64,000 nt of DNA, from NCBI GenBank assembly GCA_051294905.1, contig CM119379.1:14570001-14634000 (forward strand), written 5' to 3'. How positions within the stretch are numbered: position 1 is the stretch's first letter; each line of letters begins with the position of its first letter. Source of the DNA: Botryllus schlosseri. Taxonomy: Eukaryota. Both the position numbers and the translations under genes were made by a program. The notes under the pieces are model-generated. The model was given only the letters and a program-made list of their open reading frames with translations, did not search any database and was not told the DNA's origin. This document shows, in pieces, positions 26,281 to 38,285 of the stretch.

Positions 26281-29224
26281 AGACAGAGAAATACTTACAG
26301 TTCAATTGTCGAAAGAATGTCATCGGTGTCTGAATTTCCAGTTTCGACAGCATTTTATGGTATTGTTGCTGCATTAGCCACAGGTCTGCTACCGTCTTTA
26401 TGCTCACACGATTTCTTATCGAAATTGACTGAACGTGTGTGAAACGAACAGCCCAATGCAAATTTACAAGATTTGCATTGCCGCACTGTAATGCAACTGA
26501 ACTTTTTGAACGCTTTCATGCAACCACGACTGGCATTGCGGTAGGATCGGGTTATTATTATTATTACTAATGTTATTATAACTAAAAACAAGTGAGAAAG
26601 GTGACGCTTACCACAACTACATGCTTTTTGTGTTCGGAAAATGAACAATGAAGAACACTAACAGACATATTAATTTCGTGAAAATAACGAACGCTGAGTA
26701 GTATGAAACAACATACGCATGGTACTGGTACAGGTCATGTATAATCACAAAGGACGTATCGACAGTAGATAAATTTAGTCTATTGATGATACGCCGTGGG
26801 CACTTGTATTTCAATAGTAGACACATATGTCGTGGTAGGCCTATGAATTTTATCATTTTACGGCGATTCGCAAGAAATAGATGAGTTTCCCTGGTACTTG
26901 AAATTTCAAACTGAGTAATGTGAGCATCCGAGGCGCCGGCAAGAGCAGAGCACACAGAAAACTGTAACAACGCAGAACTAAACAAAATCCATGCTAATTT
27001 TATTCAGAATACCATATGATAGGCCTACCCTGGATTGCGAGGAGTTTGTTAGTGCCAATTTGTTGCCGTGTCAAAATTTTAAGGCATCTGATCGTATTCT
27101 ATATAATAATAATACTATTAACAGGTTTATGTCGCTGATCTCAGAAGAGTGTAGTCTTCGAACCGTAAATTGTAAAACGGGGTAGCAGGATCCAACGCAG
27201 CGACATGATAACACCTGTGTTAATCAGATTTTGTAGCAGGGGCTTTGTCAATCTTCTCTCGTGCAGGAACGATCAAAATTAGTTACACGTTACTCCCGTG
27301 AAAACGGCTGAGATATTCGATCTTCCTTGTATACACGCCTCTACCCAAACCAACAGGATTGGCATTTCGTTGACGAATATTGGATCACTAAAAATAGGCA
27401 TTTAGGTGCTCGAGTATTCGAGTATCTAGAATGCAATGATTTATTTTCGGAAGCCTTGGCTTTCGCGTATCATTTTACAGCGCAGTCAAGTGAAAACGGG
27501 TCACTCATTTTACATGTTCTGCTGTTCACATGTACATGCGAATGTATTCCGCTCAGCTTCCCAAAATGTGGAACCGTAAGCAAAGTCATACTATGAATAA
27601 AACGATCATTCTGAAAGGCTTAGCGAATTTGATTCCTGGCCCATCCCTTGCTTTGAGATGATATCGCAGCTTATGATTCATAACAATGCTCCGCGTCGAT
27701 TGCATGCTATTTACATATCTACACGCTGTAGCACTGTAACAGTGTTTACAAAGTTTCGTATCAAACTCTGTTTGCGAAATGGCAATTAAAGTATATATGC
27801 TGTTAGAACACAATCGGTAGCAAATTAATCGAACAAAGCACAGATTATGATTCAGTGCGCCATAAAATTTCGCTGTAGTTTGTCGTGAGTCTCTCGTTTA
27901 TCGGAAAATTACGACTAAGACGTCGTTAGTAATTTTATGTTGAACTTCGGGTTTCCAGGTATCGCAATAACGTGGGGTGATGTTATGGTACCTCTCTCGA
28001 AAATCGAACTACTGACAATAAACGCATATAAATTTTGACTGCGTTCGCTTCATATATGGAAAATTTACGGCGGCTGAATCACTGAGAAACTAAAGTGTGA
28101 TTAATTATTGAAATGGAGTCATGCTCGCCTATATGACAAATCGCAGGCATAATTTCATCCCAATGGTGACACAGTGGTTGAAAGCACACCTATAACGGTC
28201 TTACAGAACCGAAATAAGTCGCGTCCGTGAATTCGTGGTGATTTTACAGCGGGCGAGAGTATAATATCACTAACACTGAGCCATGATGCATACACTTCGC
28301 ACAAACGTTACATAATTATAAGGTAACTCGACACATTCTTTTGTGATTTTTGATGACTGTGTACGCGTACGGTGATTTATCTTCTACACAAGGGGAATCA
28401 AATGATATCAATCCAGCTCTCGTTTCGAAGGGACTGCGCACTCTTAGCGAAAAGAGTGGTTGTACACACCCCAAAAGGTGGTACACGAAAACAGAACTTA
28501 CGTAACCCTGCCGGTGTGAATGACCAGAATCCACCCCATTCCTTGCGGTGTATATCGGATATCTCACCCTAGCCATTAGAATTGATTGGGGCGGAATTTC
28601 AATATATACACCCCACTTGAAATCCTGCATCTTCTTTCAAATGGCACGCTATTGCAAATAAACTTTCTTGATTGCATATATCCGATATCAATTGAACCAT
28701 AATAACATAAAATGGAAACATATTTCGTGAAATAACAAAAACAGAGATCCCAGCGACGGAGAAAAAAATTCACTGAAAATACTGCTCGAAGAACATTGCC
28801 CATGTAGTATTGGGAAGTCGCCTCCTCCAGGTTTCCGAAAAACACTCTTGTACGGCGAAGGCTGAGTCCCTATCTTCAGCAAGAACTTGTGGCATCATCC
28901 TGAAATCAAAATGCATATTCACAACCCAAATAACAGGCACATATGCTAACATGCATAACTTAATGAAAGACCACAAAAATAGAAGCCATTACAAAGTATA
29001 TATATTTTCACAAAGTACTTACAAAAAATCAGATGTTACACTTGCTAAGGAATTGCAGCACAGACTGTGGTCCGATAGGGTGAACTTACCGCTATAGGAA
29101 ACATGTTCACACACGATCACTGTATGTGTGGGCAATTAGGCATCGACAAGATGGAAATTGATGGATAGTTTTCATGCAAACCGCATGTAACAGGCAGACT
29201 TGGACAACTAGAAAACGTTCCCTT

Positions 29225-30305
29225 TTTCCAAATTGGATTGGAATTATATTACAACTACAAGTTTTTTTTTTCGAATTAGAGTAGGATTAAAATTTGAGCT
29301 ACACAGTTGGAAATTAGATTAAAATTATAATTCTACCTAACAGTTTTTTTCAAATTAGATTAGAATTAGAATTACTGAAATCGCCAAAAGTTGAATCAAA
29401 CTCCGTTATCATCAAATCATAGTTCATCTTATGAACATGAGAATAGCAAATGTCTACTGTACAGTAGGGGTGTTCAAAAATGACTTATTCTTTCAAATCT
29501 ACTGGTTACTTGATAAAATTGTTAGGTTACCTAATTGAAACCTGCACACCAAATTTGGTTTGATTCCAACCAGTAGCCGCATTGCTACAGGAGAAGAAAG
29601 TTTTTTATTTAATATATGAAAATGAACGAAAAAAGATTTAAAATTTTCTGTTCACCCCATTAAATTGTTAGGTTTTCCATAGAAACATTGCTCAACCGAT
29701 TTGGCTCAATTCCAACTAGTGGAAGCGGAGTTATTGCCGTTGAAAAATATTGGATTTTAATATAATAGTATTTTTACGGTGACCGATTCTTTAATCAGTT
29801 ATTACAGTTGTGCCCACCGTAAATACTATTTTATTCAAATCCAGATTTTTCGACATCAGTAACTCCGCTCCGGCTGGTTTGAATTGTGGCAAATTTAGTG
29901 GGTATCGTTTATAGACAACAATTTCATGGGTGAACAGAAAATTTTGACTCATTTTAATATATTAAATTAAAAAAACTTTCTTCTCCAGTAGCAATGCGGC
30001 TGCTGGTTGGAATCAAACCAAATTTAGTGTGCAAGCTTCAATAAGGTAACCGAACAATTTTATCAAGTAGCGAGTAGAATTTGAGAATAAAAAGTCATTT
30101 TTCAACACCCCTACTGCACCGCAAGCTTGGCTCGTTTCGCATTCGACAGTTCTCCTGTAGCCTTTTCAGGAAACCCAGACATTAGATTAGAATTAAAATT
30201 ACCGTAGACCATAGAAAGGTTTCATAAATTCGATTAGTATTAGAATTAGAGCATAGAAACATATCACAAATTAGAATAGCTTCAATTAGTATAATTAGAC
30301 AACTA
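29225..30305. repeat. Degenerate ATTAGA-rich tandem repeats on both sides of the foldback element
   Basis: aaattagattagaattag-type units at about 29225-29375 and 30181-30305. Confidence 0.65.
29462..30116. mobile_element. 655-bp near-complete palindrome (TA-flanked, Tc1/mariner-type non-autonomous element)
   Basis: cagtaggggtgttcaaaaatgact / agtcatttttcaacacccctactg; arms pair inward to a 33-nt loop at 29782-29814. Confidence 0.9.
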
Positions 30306-30806
30306 GAATATCCAGTTGTCCAAGTCTAGCACCACCACCAATTGACGTAGTTTTGACTTGTATTGGGAACTGTTGCATCTACTTGTAATCGAGTATAAAT
30401 TGACGGGGTATTTCTACATAGACTTGAGTAGCAACGCAAGTAACTTTGACCATCTCTGCTTTGGTTTACTTCATATATGCGACTACGAAAGTTGACATCA
30501 GGTGTCGTTAACAAAGTTGTCATACCTGCTGGCTTGATAACGAGTCTTTCAGTTGTCGCAGCATACTCCTAAACTCGGTTAGTTCCAGTGATATAATCTT
30601 GCTCTTGGAGCATGCAGTCTTTAAGCAGCATCCTAAAATTTAAAAAATAATCAGAGAAAGAGATGCATGGACTTGATTCAAATTTGACTACTTGGTATTA
30701 ATCCAAAACACGAAACGTTTTCTAGTTGGGCAATATTGACTTTCAGAATGGATTCAAAGCGACCGCAGATACAGGTCTGATTACGAAACCTTGACTTGCC
30801 TTAGCC

Positions 30807-31164
30807 CAGTGGTTCCCAACCTTTTTCGACCCATCGCCCCCTTTTCAAGGTCAACACCGATCATCGCCCCCAAAATTTTGTGTACCGAAAATTGGGCATA
30901 CAAACTGTAATCACCGGCGGGTTGCCTAAAAAAAAAAAGGTCAAATTTTCGGCTCGATGTCTAATTTGACACACTTTTGTAACTAAATTTCCGTGGGTTA
31001 ACTAAAAAAAAAGGTCAGCCGTTTTGACGCGTCATCGCCCCCCTATCGCCCCCCGTCGCCCCTTTGTCCATTTTCGCCCCCCTGTCGCCCCTTCGTCATT
31101 TTCGCTCCCCTAGACCGCCAAATCGCCCCCTGGGGGGCGATATCGCCCACGTTGGGAACCACTG
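30807..31164. mobile_element. Charlie-like hAT MITE with ATCGCCCC repeats
   Basis: TIRs cagtggttcccaac / gttgggaaccactg; perfect 8-bp TSD ccttagcc (30799-30806, 31165-31172). Confidence 0.95.
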
Positions 31165-31272
31165 CCTTAGCCTATACATGGTAATTTGCAAATTAGCTGA
31201 ATGATAATGATTACCTTGGAATAGAAGCTGTTTGATAACGATCCTTTACTGTTTTGCAGCATACGCTTCTAC

Positions 31273-32259
31273 TAGGGATGGTGTGAACCTCTGAAAGGTT
31301 CAGGTTCGTGCGAACGCGAACCTTTTTGAAAGGTTCTGTGTGAACGCGAACGTGAACCTCATGACGTCACGTGACGTCATATTGCTAATTCCAACCCTAC
31401 ATTTCAGTGAAGCGATAGCTAATATTACTGTACAAGTGTACATGATACCTAACGACGATTCGGGCCACATAATGCCACAATGTTGAAGTATACATATTGA
31501 CAATTCCAACGTCGCCAAATGTATCAACTGGGGCAATCAAATTATATAATAATCCTGTAAAATCATTATCTTCCGTCGCTTTGCCAACAATTATGACTTG
31601 CAAGAGAATACATGCGTACGCCTTAACAATTGAGGCCAGACCGGACAATCGATTCGGCGTCTGAGTATTGCCACGTTTATATTGAGCAGAGTTTAGAACG
31701 GGTTTCTATATTTGCTACCGATATTACTTCATCAACAAGTTATACAGCAGCAGCCAACACCCAAATTCCACGGACTTGTTCATTGTTCTGTTTCAATAAA
31801 CATATAAAATCAGGATTAACCCTGTACGCCTGCTAGAATTTTTACATCAGACAACGATATCAATTTATTGATTGGTTGAATAAGCTTCATTTGCTGACTA
31901 TCTAAACGTAGTGTATTTCGCTCTTGGTGTCGTGTGATTACTGGTCAACAGCAGAGAGTCACTAAATATTCGAGCAAACTTTTGTAACAAAGCAACTAAA
32001 ATCTTTGAGATTGTTAACGTGGATGCTCGTTTAGTGTTGATTCGTTTATGCTGCCAGTAGGCCTACCATGCATATATTGGCCCGCAGTCGAAATGCAATA
32101 AATTTCAATCAAAGATGGTATAATGAAGTGGAAATTGTAATATATGAAAAAGGTTCACAGTGCAGAACCTGTCAAGGTTCGTTTGTGAACGTGAACCTCT
32201 AAATTACTAAGGTTCACACACAGAACGCGAACGTGAACCTCACGTTCACACCATCCCTA
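31273..32259 (+). mobile_element. Internally deleted hAT element, Ac-like TIR
   Basis: TIRs tagggatggtgtgaac / gttcacaccatcccta; perfect TSD gcttctac (31265-31272, 32260-32267); subterminal gtgaac/gcgaac repeats; frameshifted LSIAT...ERVS remnant at 31661-31707. Confidence 0.95.
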
Positions 32260-35200
32260 GCTTCTACCGTTAAATGTGACGTCGATTTGGTTGAAATTCC
32301 ATGATATTAGCTTGTATAGCAGCATCCTAAAATTGAAAAAATAACCATAAGGCATACGGTAAACGTTTAGTTGACAATTTGGATTGGATTCGAAAGGCCC
32401 ACGACATCCGAAATGTGTACTGATGTTGTAGCCTTGACTTCCTTTATGCTTGTAAATAAGCGAGTTAAAGTACAATTTTGTAACTATCCTACGCATAGTA
32501 TATTACTCACCAACAACATTTGATTTCACATTCACAGAGTAAGAGTCTGCTACTAATAGCAATCAGTCCTTGAATCTAACAAAAAGCAGATTTGTGCATA
32601 TGCACAGATCGTGTGTATGTCATATCATGAGTCAAGAAGTGCATATATTATGATTTGTTTATATTGATCGAAAGGACAGTTTGATAAACTTTGGCACTGA
32701 GGCTATGTTTGCCTCTTCATATTGGTCAAAACATTGAAGACCCAGCTAATCCGTGCATTGTTGCACACCGAGTTGACCGCAGTAGTGCGCATTGCTACTC
32801 AAGCAATAGATGTCAATTTCTACTCAATGACAAGCATATAGAAGTGGCTACGTCAAATCCATGTCAAGCTGCTTCAAATTAAAATAAATATATGAACAGA
32901 ACTCAGAGAAGTAGTTTCAAAAGAAGTAGTCTGGTTGATGGGTCACATACTCTTACCAGATAGTCTGAGTTGGCCACTGCAAAATATGTTCAATGAGGTA
33001 AGCGTGTTCCTAGTCAAGTCTCTCATATTCATAGTGATAGCAATATAGCATCGTCATATTTTCACCCATGTCATAATATCATTAACATTTACTGGCCCCA
33101 ATTTACGGGGATCGAAAGCTTTCACCAAATGTCCATTGCTCACCTCAGATACCATTGCTTCATATGCTTCAGCCCTTTGCTGTTTGTATGTTACACTTGT
33201 TTTCTCATGAGGAGAAATCGATAATTTCATTAGCTTCAAGAGCCCCAAATTTGCGATCTTTGCCCATGCAAGTCTGAAGTAGAATAGATAATATGTTTAC
33301 CTTCCTACCATAACATAACATAATATAAAATGTGTATATAGCTCAGTGATAATGACAGGGTGATAGGCCTATAAACATAGCTCTGCATAGTCAGTGGTAG
33401 GCTACCCTTTACACTTAAACAGGTCGTGATGTGCTTTGGTAATCAATATAACGACAATCGAGTCGATTTTTTTTTCAATGCACTTACAAACGATGTCGCT
33501 CAAACCCAAATTACCGTAGTTTATAATCATAGCTAATGCTGGACCTGTCAACAGTATCTCCATTAGAGACATTGAGCTACTGTGTCTTGGAGATTGGTAT
33601 CGGAACTGGTGATACAACAATTTATGTGAATTCAATCTATCGTCACTACCGGTACGTTTAAAATTCCAACATGCTACATATAATTCTGTTCAGTACAGCT
33701 GCGACACTGAGTAACAGGAATCGGATCTGTACTGGAAACGCAACGGAACAAATGTTCTTTACTACAATAGTACAGATACGAAATGTAACTCACCATCCAG
33801 ATATTTTCAATCTCGAAAGAGGCTTTCTTCACAGATTCACGACGACTAATACGGTCAGTCGATAGCCAGTCTGGTCTCATAAGCGCGGAAATACGGCATA
33901 TAACGAAACATTTTACATAGCTGTAGCCAAACATAGCAGCAGCTGTTCTGGTGACGACGGTTTGTATATTCCATTATGATGTGACAATTGACTCACTGAT
34001 GTAATAACTATATTGAAGTTAAGGATCTCCGGAATATTTGTATGTATACTATAATTGATTTATCGGAAATATGCTTCAAAAAGTCTTGCAGTACTAGATT
34101 TATCTTCATAGATCGAACCATTGATACGATCCGAAAGCTGAATGCGAATTGTCGGTTAGGCTTAGTGTGCAATTAATAAAGCTACCAAATAGTGAATAAC
34201 ACATCAATATAGATATGAAAATAACCAGGAAACTTTGCCCAATTTAGTCCCTCTTTCGCCCAATTCAATGATTGTTCCGTGACGTAACCTGGTGTTCCAT
34301 TCTAATTTGAATTCTTGCTACGCCCATATTGCGTACTGCTCATATAAGTTTGCGTCTGAAATTTAACTCCTTCTAGTATTCCCAGCTCTAAATACCCTTA
34401 ACCTGCAATATATTGTGGTTATACACTAATGCTGTGCGGAATAGGCCCGATATATTTTGTACATATAGGCTACGTACAATGTACAATTGTGCATTTGACG
34501 TGACATGAAAGAAATTATAAACCAGTATCGTGACAACTTCATAATGTGTCGTATTTTTGCGACACACTTAAGATACATCGGTCACACTATAGTAGACAGG
34601 GTGAAATTTCAGCCAAAGTACGAGTACCGCAGTGCACGATAAATGTGAATTACAATATGATATTGCGGACTTAGCTATTATTCATTCATGTCAATGTAGC
34701 GCACGAATGTTATACAACGAATGCTTATTTGTCACTGAAGCTGAAACTATATGCGTAGGCGAATTTACTTGATCGAACCGGGTTAAATCCATAAAAACTG
34801 AACAATGGAACATTGCCGAAGCCTACCCAAGAAGCCTTAAAGACATGGACAACAATAAAATGGGCGAAAACACGCATTTTCGGTGGATAATTCAACCCTA
34901 AAGAGAATATGTCCTACACGACCTACACCTAGACACAGCAGAGAAGTTCTCAAGTGCCCATACAATGATCAGTACCGTGATTCGACTGATTTTTTAACAA
35001 GAATGCAGACTTGCCGCACCCCTGCCTGCTTAACCAGGCTTCTGACCGACACAGACTTAAAACTTCAACAGTCAAGTTTTGTGGAAGCGGCTAGCGCGGA
35101 TTGAATCCCAAACTTCATATTTGTCTGACAAAAGGTGTAATCTTTAACAATTCACCCCAAATGCCAATGCTTGGGGTGTATATCTTATGGTATATGTGTG

Positions 35201-38050
35201 TAGGGGTGTGATCGGCTCATTTCCACCAATAGCTTAGGTGTAAATGACAAATTTAGTACCCAATAGGTGTGATGACCCAAAACACACCCTACGCTAGGGT
35301 GTGAATTGCGAAAACACACCATTTCCGTTTACAGTGCGGGATAGAAAAAAACGCGATCGGACCAAATACGATATAGATTTCCATAGAACGATGAGTACTG
35401 TGACATATATCTAATTATAATGTGTTCACACACAATTGAAAAATCGAAAGTTGTACAACTGTACAGTGTACACCGTACATTGCTTATTGGTTTTCAAGGC
35501 CTGGAGCGAGAGGCGCTTGCTGTCCTGCGTCTTTAATTTGGATTCATCGCGTGGTTTCACTCACGTAAATGAAAATTCAGGGAACCTTGTTGTGTACAAC
35601 GTCCAAGTGGATGTGTAATTCCAAGGAGTCTGGTAGACTGTAGCGAGCGCGTATAATAACATCGAGGCAGAACTGGCACAGGACCCGACATGTTGAATAT
35701 TTTCCTATCCCGGACCACAGCCTCAGTGACTTAAGTCGCACAACGATACGCCAAGAAAACCTTTGTTCTCATGGCAGGGATCTGTCGGTACCAAAATTAT
35801 TGACGCTGCGGCTTGCTTAACTATAGCGATCTCTCTTCCGCTTTTTTATTTCGTTCATAGATCTGCTACAAAGATTCAGATGCTAATTTGATAACATGTG
35901 TTGTCTTAGGGAATTAGGTTGCTATAATTGCTAAAGCACACGATGTTTAATTGGAATAATTCAACTGGTTTCACATCCGCGCGCTAAATGTATATGTATG
36001 AATTAACGTTAGGGTATGCTTCTAGTAGATAATGTCTTGAGTAAACACCCGTACGTGTAGCATTGTGCGCATCATCATTTTGCAATCTTGCCGCTCACTC
36101 ATGTTTGGCTACATGTACAAGTCTTTACACTTTGCGCTACTTTGACAGGCACTTATAATATCGGAACAAATTAGTTGAATACGGTAGATTCGCTAGACTG
36201 ATTCGAGGTATGTCGCGACTGTCTTTAGAAATGTGTGGGTCACTGGTACCTTTCGCGGCTGGGCAATGGCATTCTAAGGGCGCCGTAATCCGTGTCGTGT
36301 GTAACTAGAATTCTAGCGGAAGTATTTAATATGTCCGTGTTACGAGAAAAACGGTGACATTTTTAAAATCGTCGTAATCCTCTTGCTGCCTTCCGAAAAA
36401 TGTGGGCAAGTCGTGGTTATTGGCGATAGCAGCGTTATCCTCCATGGAGTTTTGCAATTCTACATTATTAATCCTATGTACCGTCACACTGGGGCTGTAT
36501 CCAACCGATTTAGCAATCTTACACAGCCACACACACCACCGTGCGTGAATTTACAATTTACAATGTATATTGTACAAGTGACAGGAAAATAGTTGTGCAC
36601 TCCGCTGCAGCCAGAGCAAGTGCTAGCATCTTTCAGGCAGCCTTGAAACATTTTGTCCGTAGCCGGCTATTTGAATTTAACAATCAGGCACACGGATCAC
36701 TGAAAAATGCAACGGTCACCTCATTAATGACCACGGCAGCACAGCTAAATGAAACACCACGCACGCGTGGCAACACGTAAAAGCGCGGCAAAACGTTACC
36801 CACTGGAGGTCCGCATATACCCTCCATTGTTCAGAGTGGATAACACATTCCTCTGAATGGGTTTGACTTAGAACTGAATACATCTACCACAAAACGTTCG
36901 ATAATTTCAATAGACTGCAGGATTACTTCATACAACGTTTCGCAAGTCGATGTAAATGCCAGAGCAATAGGTTGTTGGCGCGACAGTAGGCTATCATATC
37001 ATGCGTAGTTGCGTACGTCTGCAATGCACCAAGTCTGCACTTAGCAACACTGTAATATCTGCTGATGCGTCGAAGATAAAGTTTCCCGGGTTTCAATGCA
37101 GTGATAAGTTGCCAAACGCTAAAACTATCGTGAGTTGAAACAAACGGAAAGTTGTTATATGTTACTCGAAGAAACTCTTGGAGGTACAGAACTACAGTAT
37201 ACAATTGAATAGTATATTCAAATTTTACAATTATATATTACTTCGTTCTAAATCAGAGGCGCATATGATGGCACCGTGTACAAGATTACAGTTGCGACGT
37301 TTACAACAATTCCCTTATGACCTTTCTGTAATTGTCCGTCATGATTTAGGAAATTGGGATGATAGCCATCTCGGCATGGACGATTAATCGATAGATGTGT
37401 GAATCATACAAAAGGGGATATTTTGTCTGTACTCTATACGTCTGCTGCGATGTACTTATGCCATGCGAGGATTGGTTTTATTAACATTCGCGATGTAGCG
37501 TGTAGAACACAAAGAACGGTGTGCTGTGCTTTCGTTGCCGACTTGCGCAAATCTGATAGCTGAAGGAGGCGCACATAAATTCCTTTGGGACCTCCTATGG
37601 TTCATGAGAGATAGCGTGACCGTGTATGAACTCCTTAACCATAGCGTCAACGTCATCGAAGCGCGCCTGCGCAGTGGCCACTGTCGCAGTCACGCTGTCG
37701 CTTATGCCCTGAATACGACTAACATGCATTCGATTGGAGGCAAAGGCGAATATCCAAAATTGCGTCAATCGTGACAAAATCAAATGGGTGGTTTATCCTA
37801 TACAGGCGAATGTAAGAATTACCGCCGTTCATTCTGAACTACAGTCCTACGCATCGCAGTTCACATGGATCATTTACATATAGGATTACCGCAAATGCTT
37901 AACAAAACAGCTCCCTCGTTGTTGTAAAGACATTTGCTGGTATGCCAAGTAGCTGCAAGACTAGCACCACTCTTCAACCGAGTAGAAGTTATGCATCAGT
38001 ATCAGCTTATTAATAATTTTATCATTTCAGTATGCAGTGCATATCTCCTC

Positions 38051-38285
38051 TTTACATCGCCTAGGCCCGGGTGGGTGTCTGATTTCAAAGACTACTCCAA
38101 GTCGTTTCGACGCCTTCCTATATTTTAATTGTATCGCAGTCTTGTGGTGTTTTGAAATGATGAAACTTCTTAATAAACTGAACTGAAAACTCCACAAGAC
38201 TGTGGTACAATGAAATGATATGAAGGTGTTGAAACGAGGAGTATTCTTTGAAATCAGACACCCACCTGGACCGAGGCGATGTAAA
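38051..38285. mobile_element. MITE with 48-bp TIRs
   Basis: 38051-38098 is the reverse complement of 38238-38285 with 4 mismatches; no unambiguous TSD. Confidence 0.85.

Noticed and set aside
33144-33544. Exon-like segments 33544-33488 and 33273-33144 (LAWAKIANLGLLK...)
   Set aside because: Good splice sites, but phases do not join into a stop-free frame and no domain is recognisable.
28439-35336. CACTA-like ends (cactcttag at 28439, tttacagtg at 35336) with GGTGT/ACACC motifs
   Set aside because: Neither has a matching partner TIR or TSD; probably old fragments but not supportable as elements.
36326-36592. VVVIGDSS (Rab P-loop or SGNH-like) on plus and LPTFFGRQQED (gag-like) on minus
   Set aside because: Isolated short motifs on opposite strands; the required downstream residues (GKT, later SGNH blocks, capsid helices) are missing.
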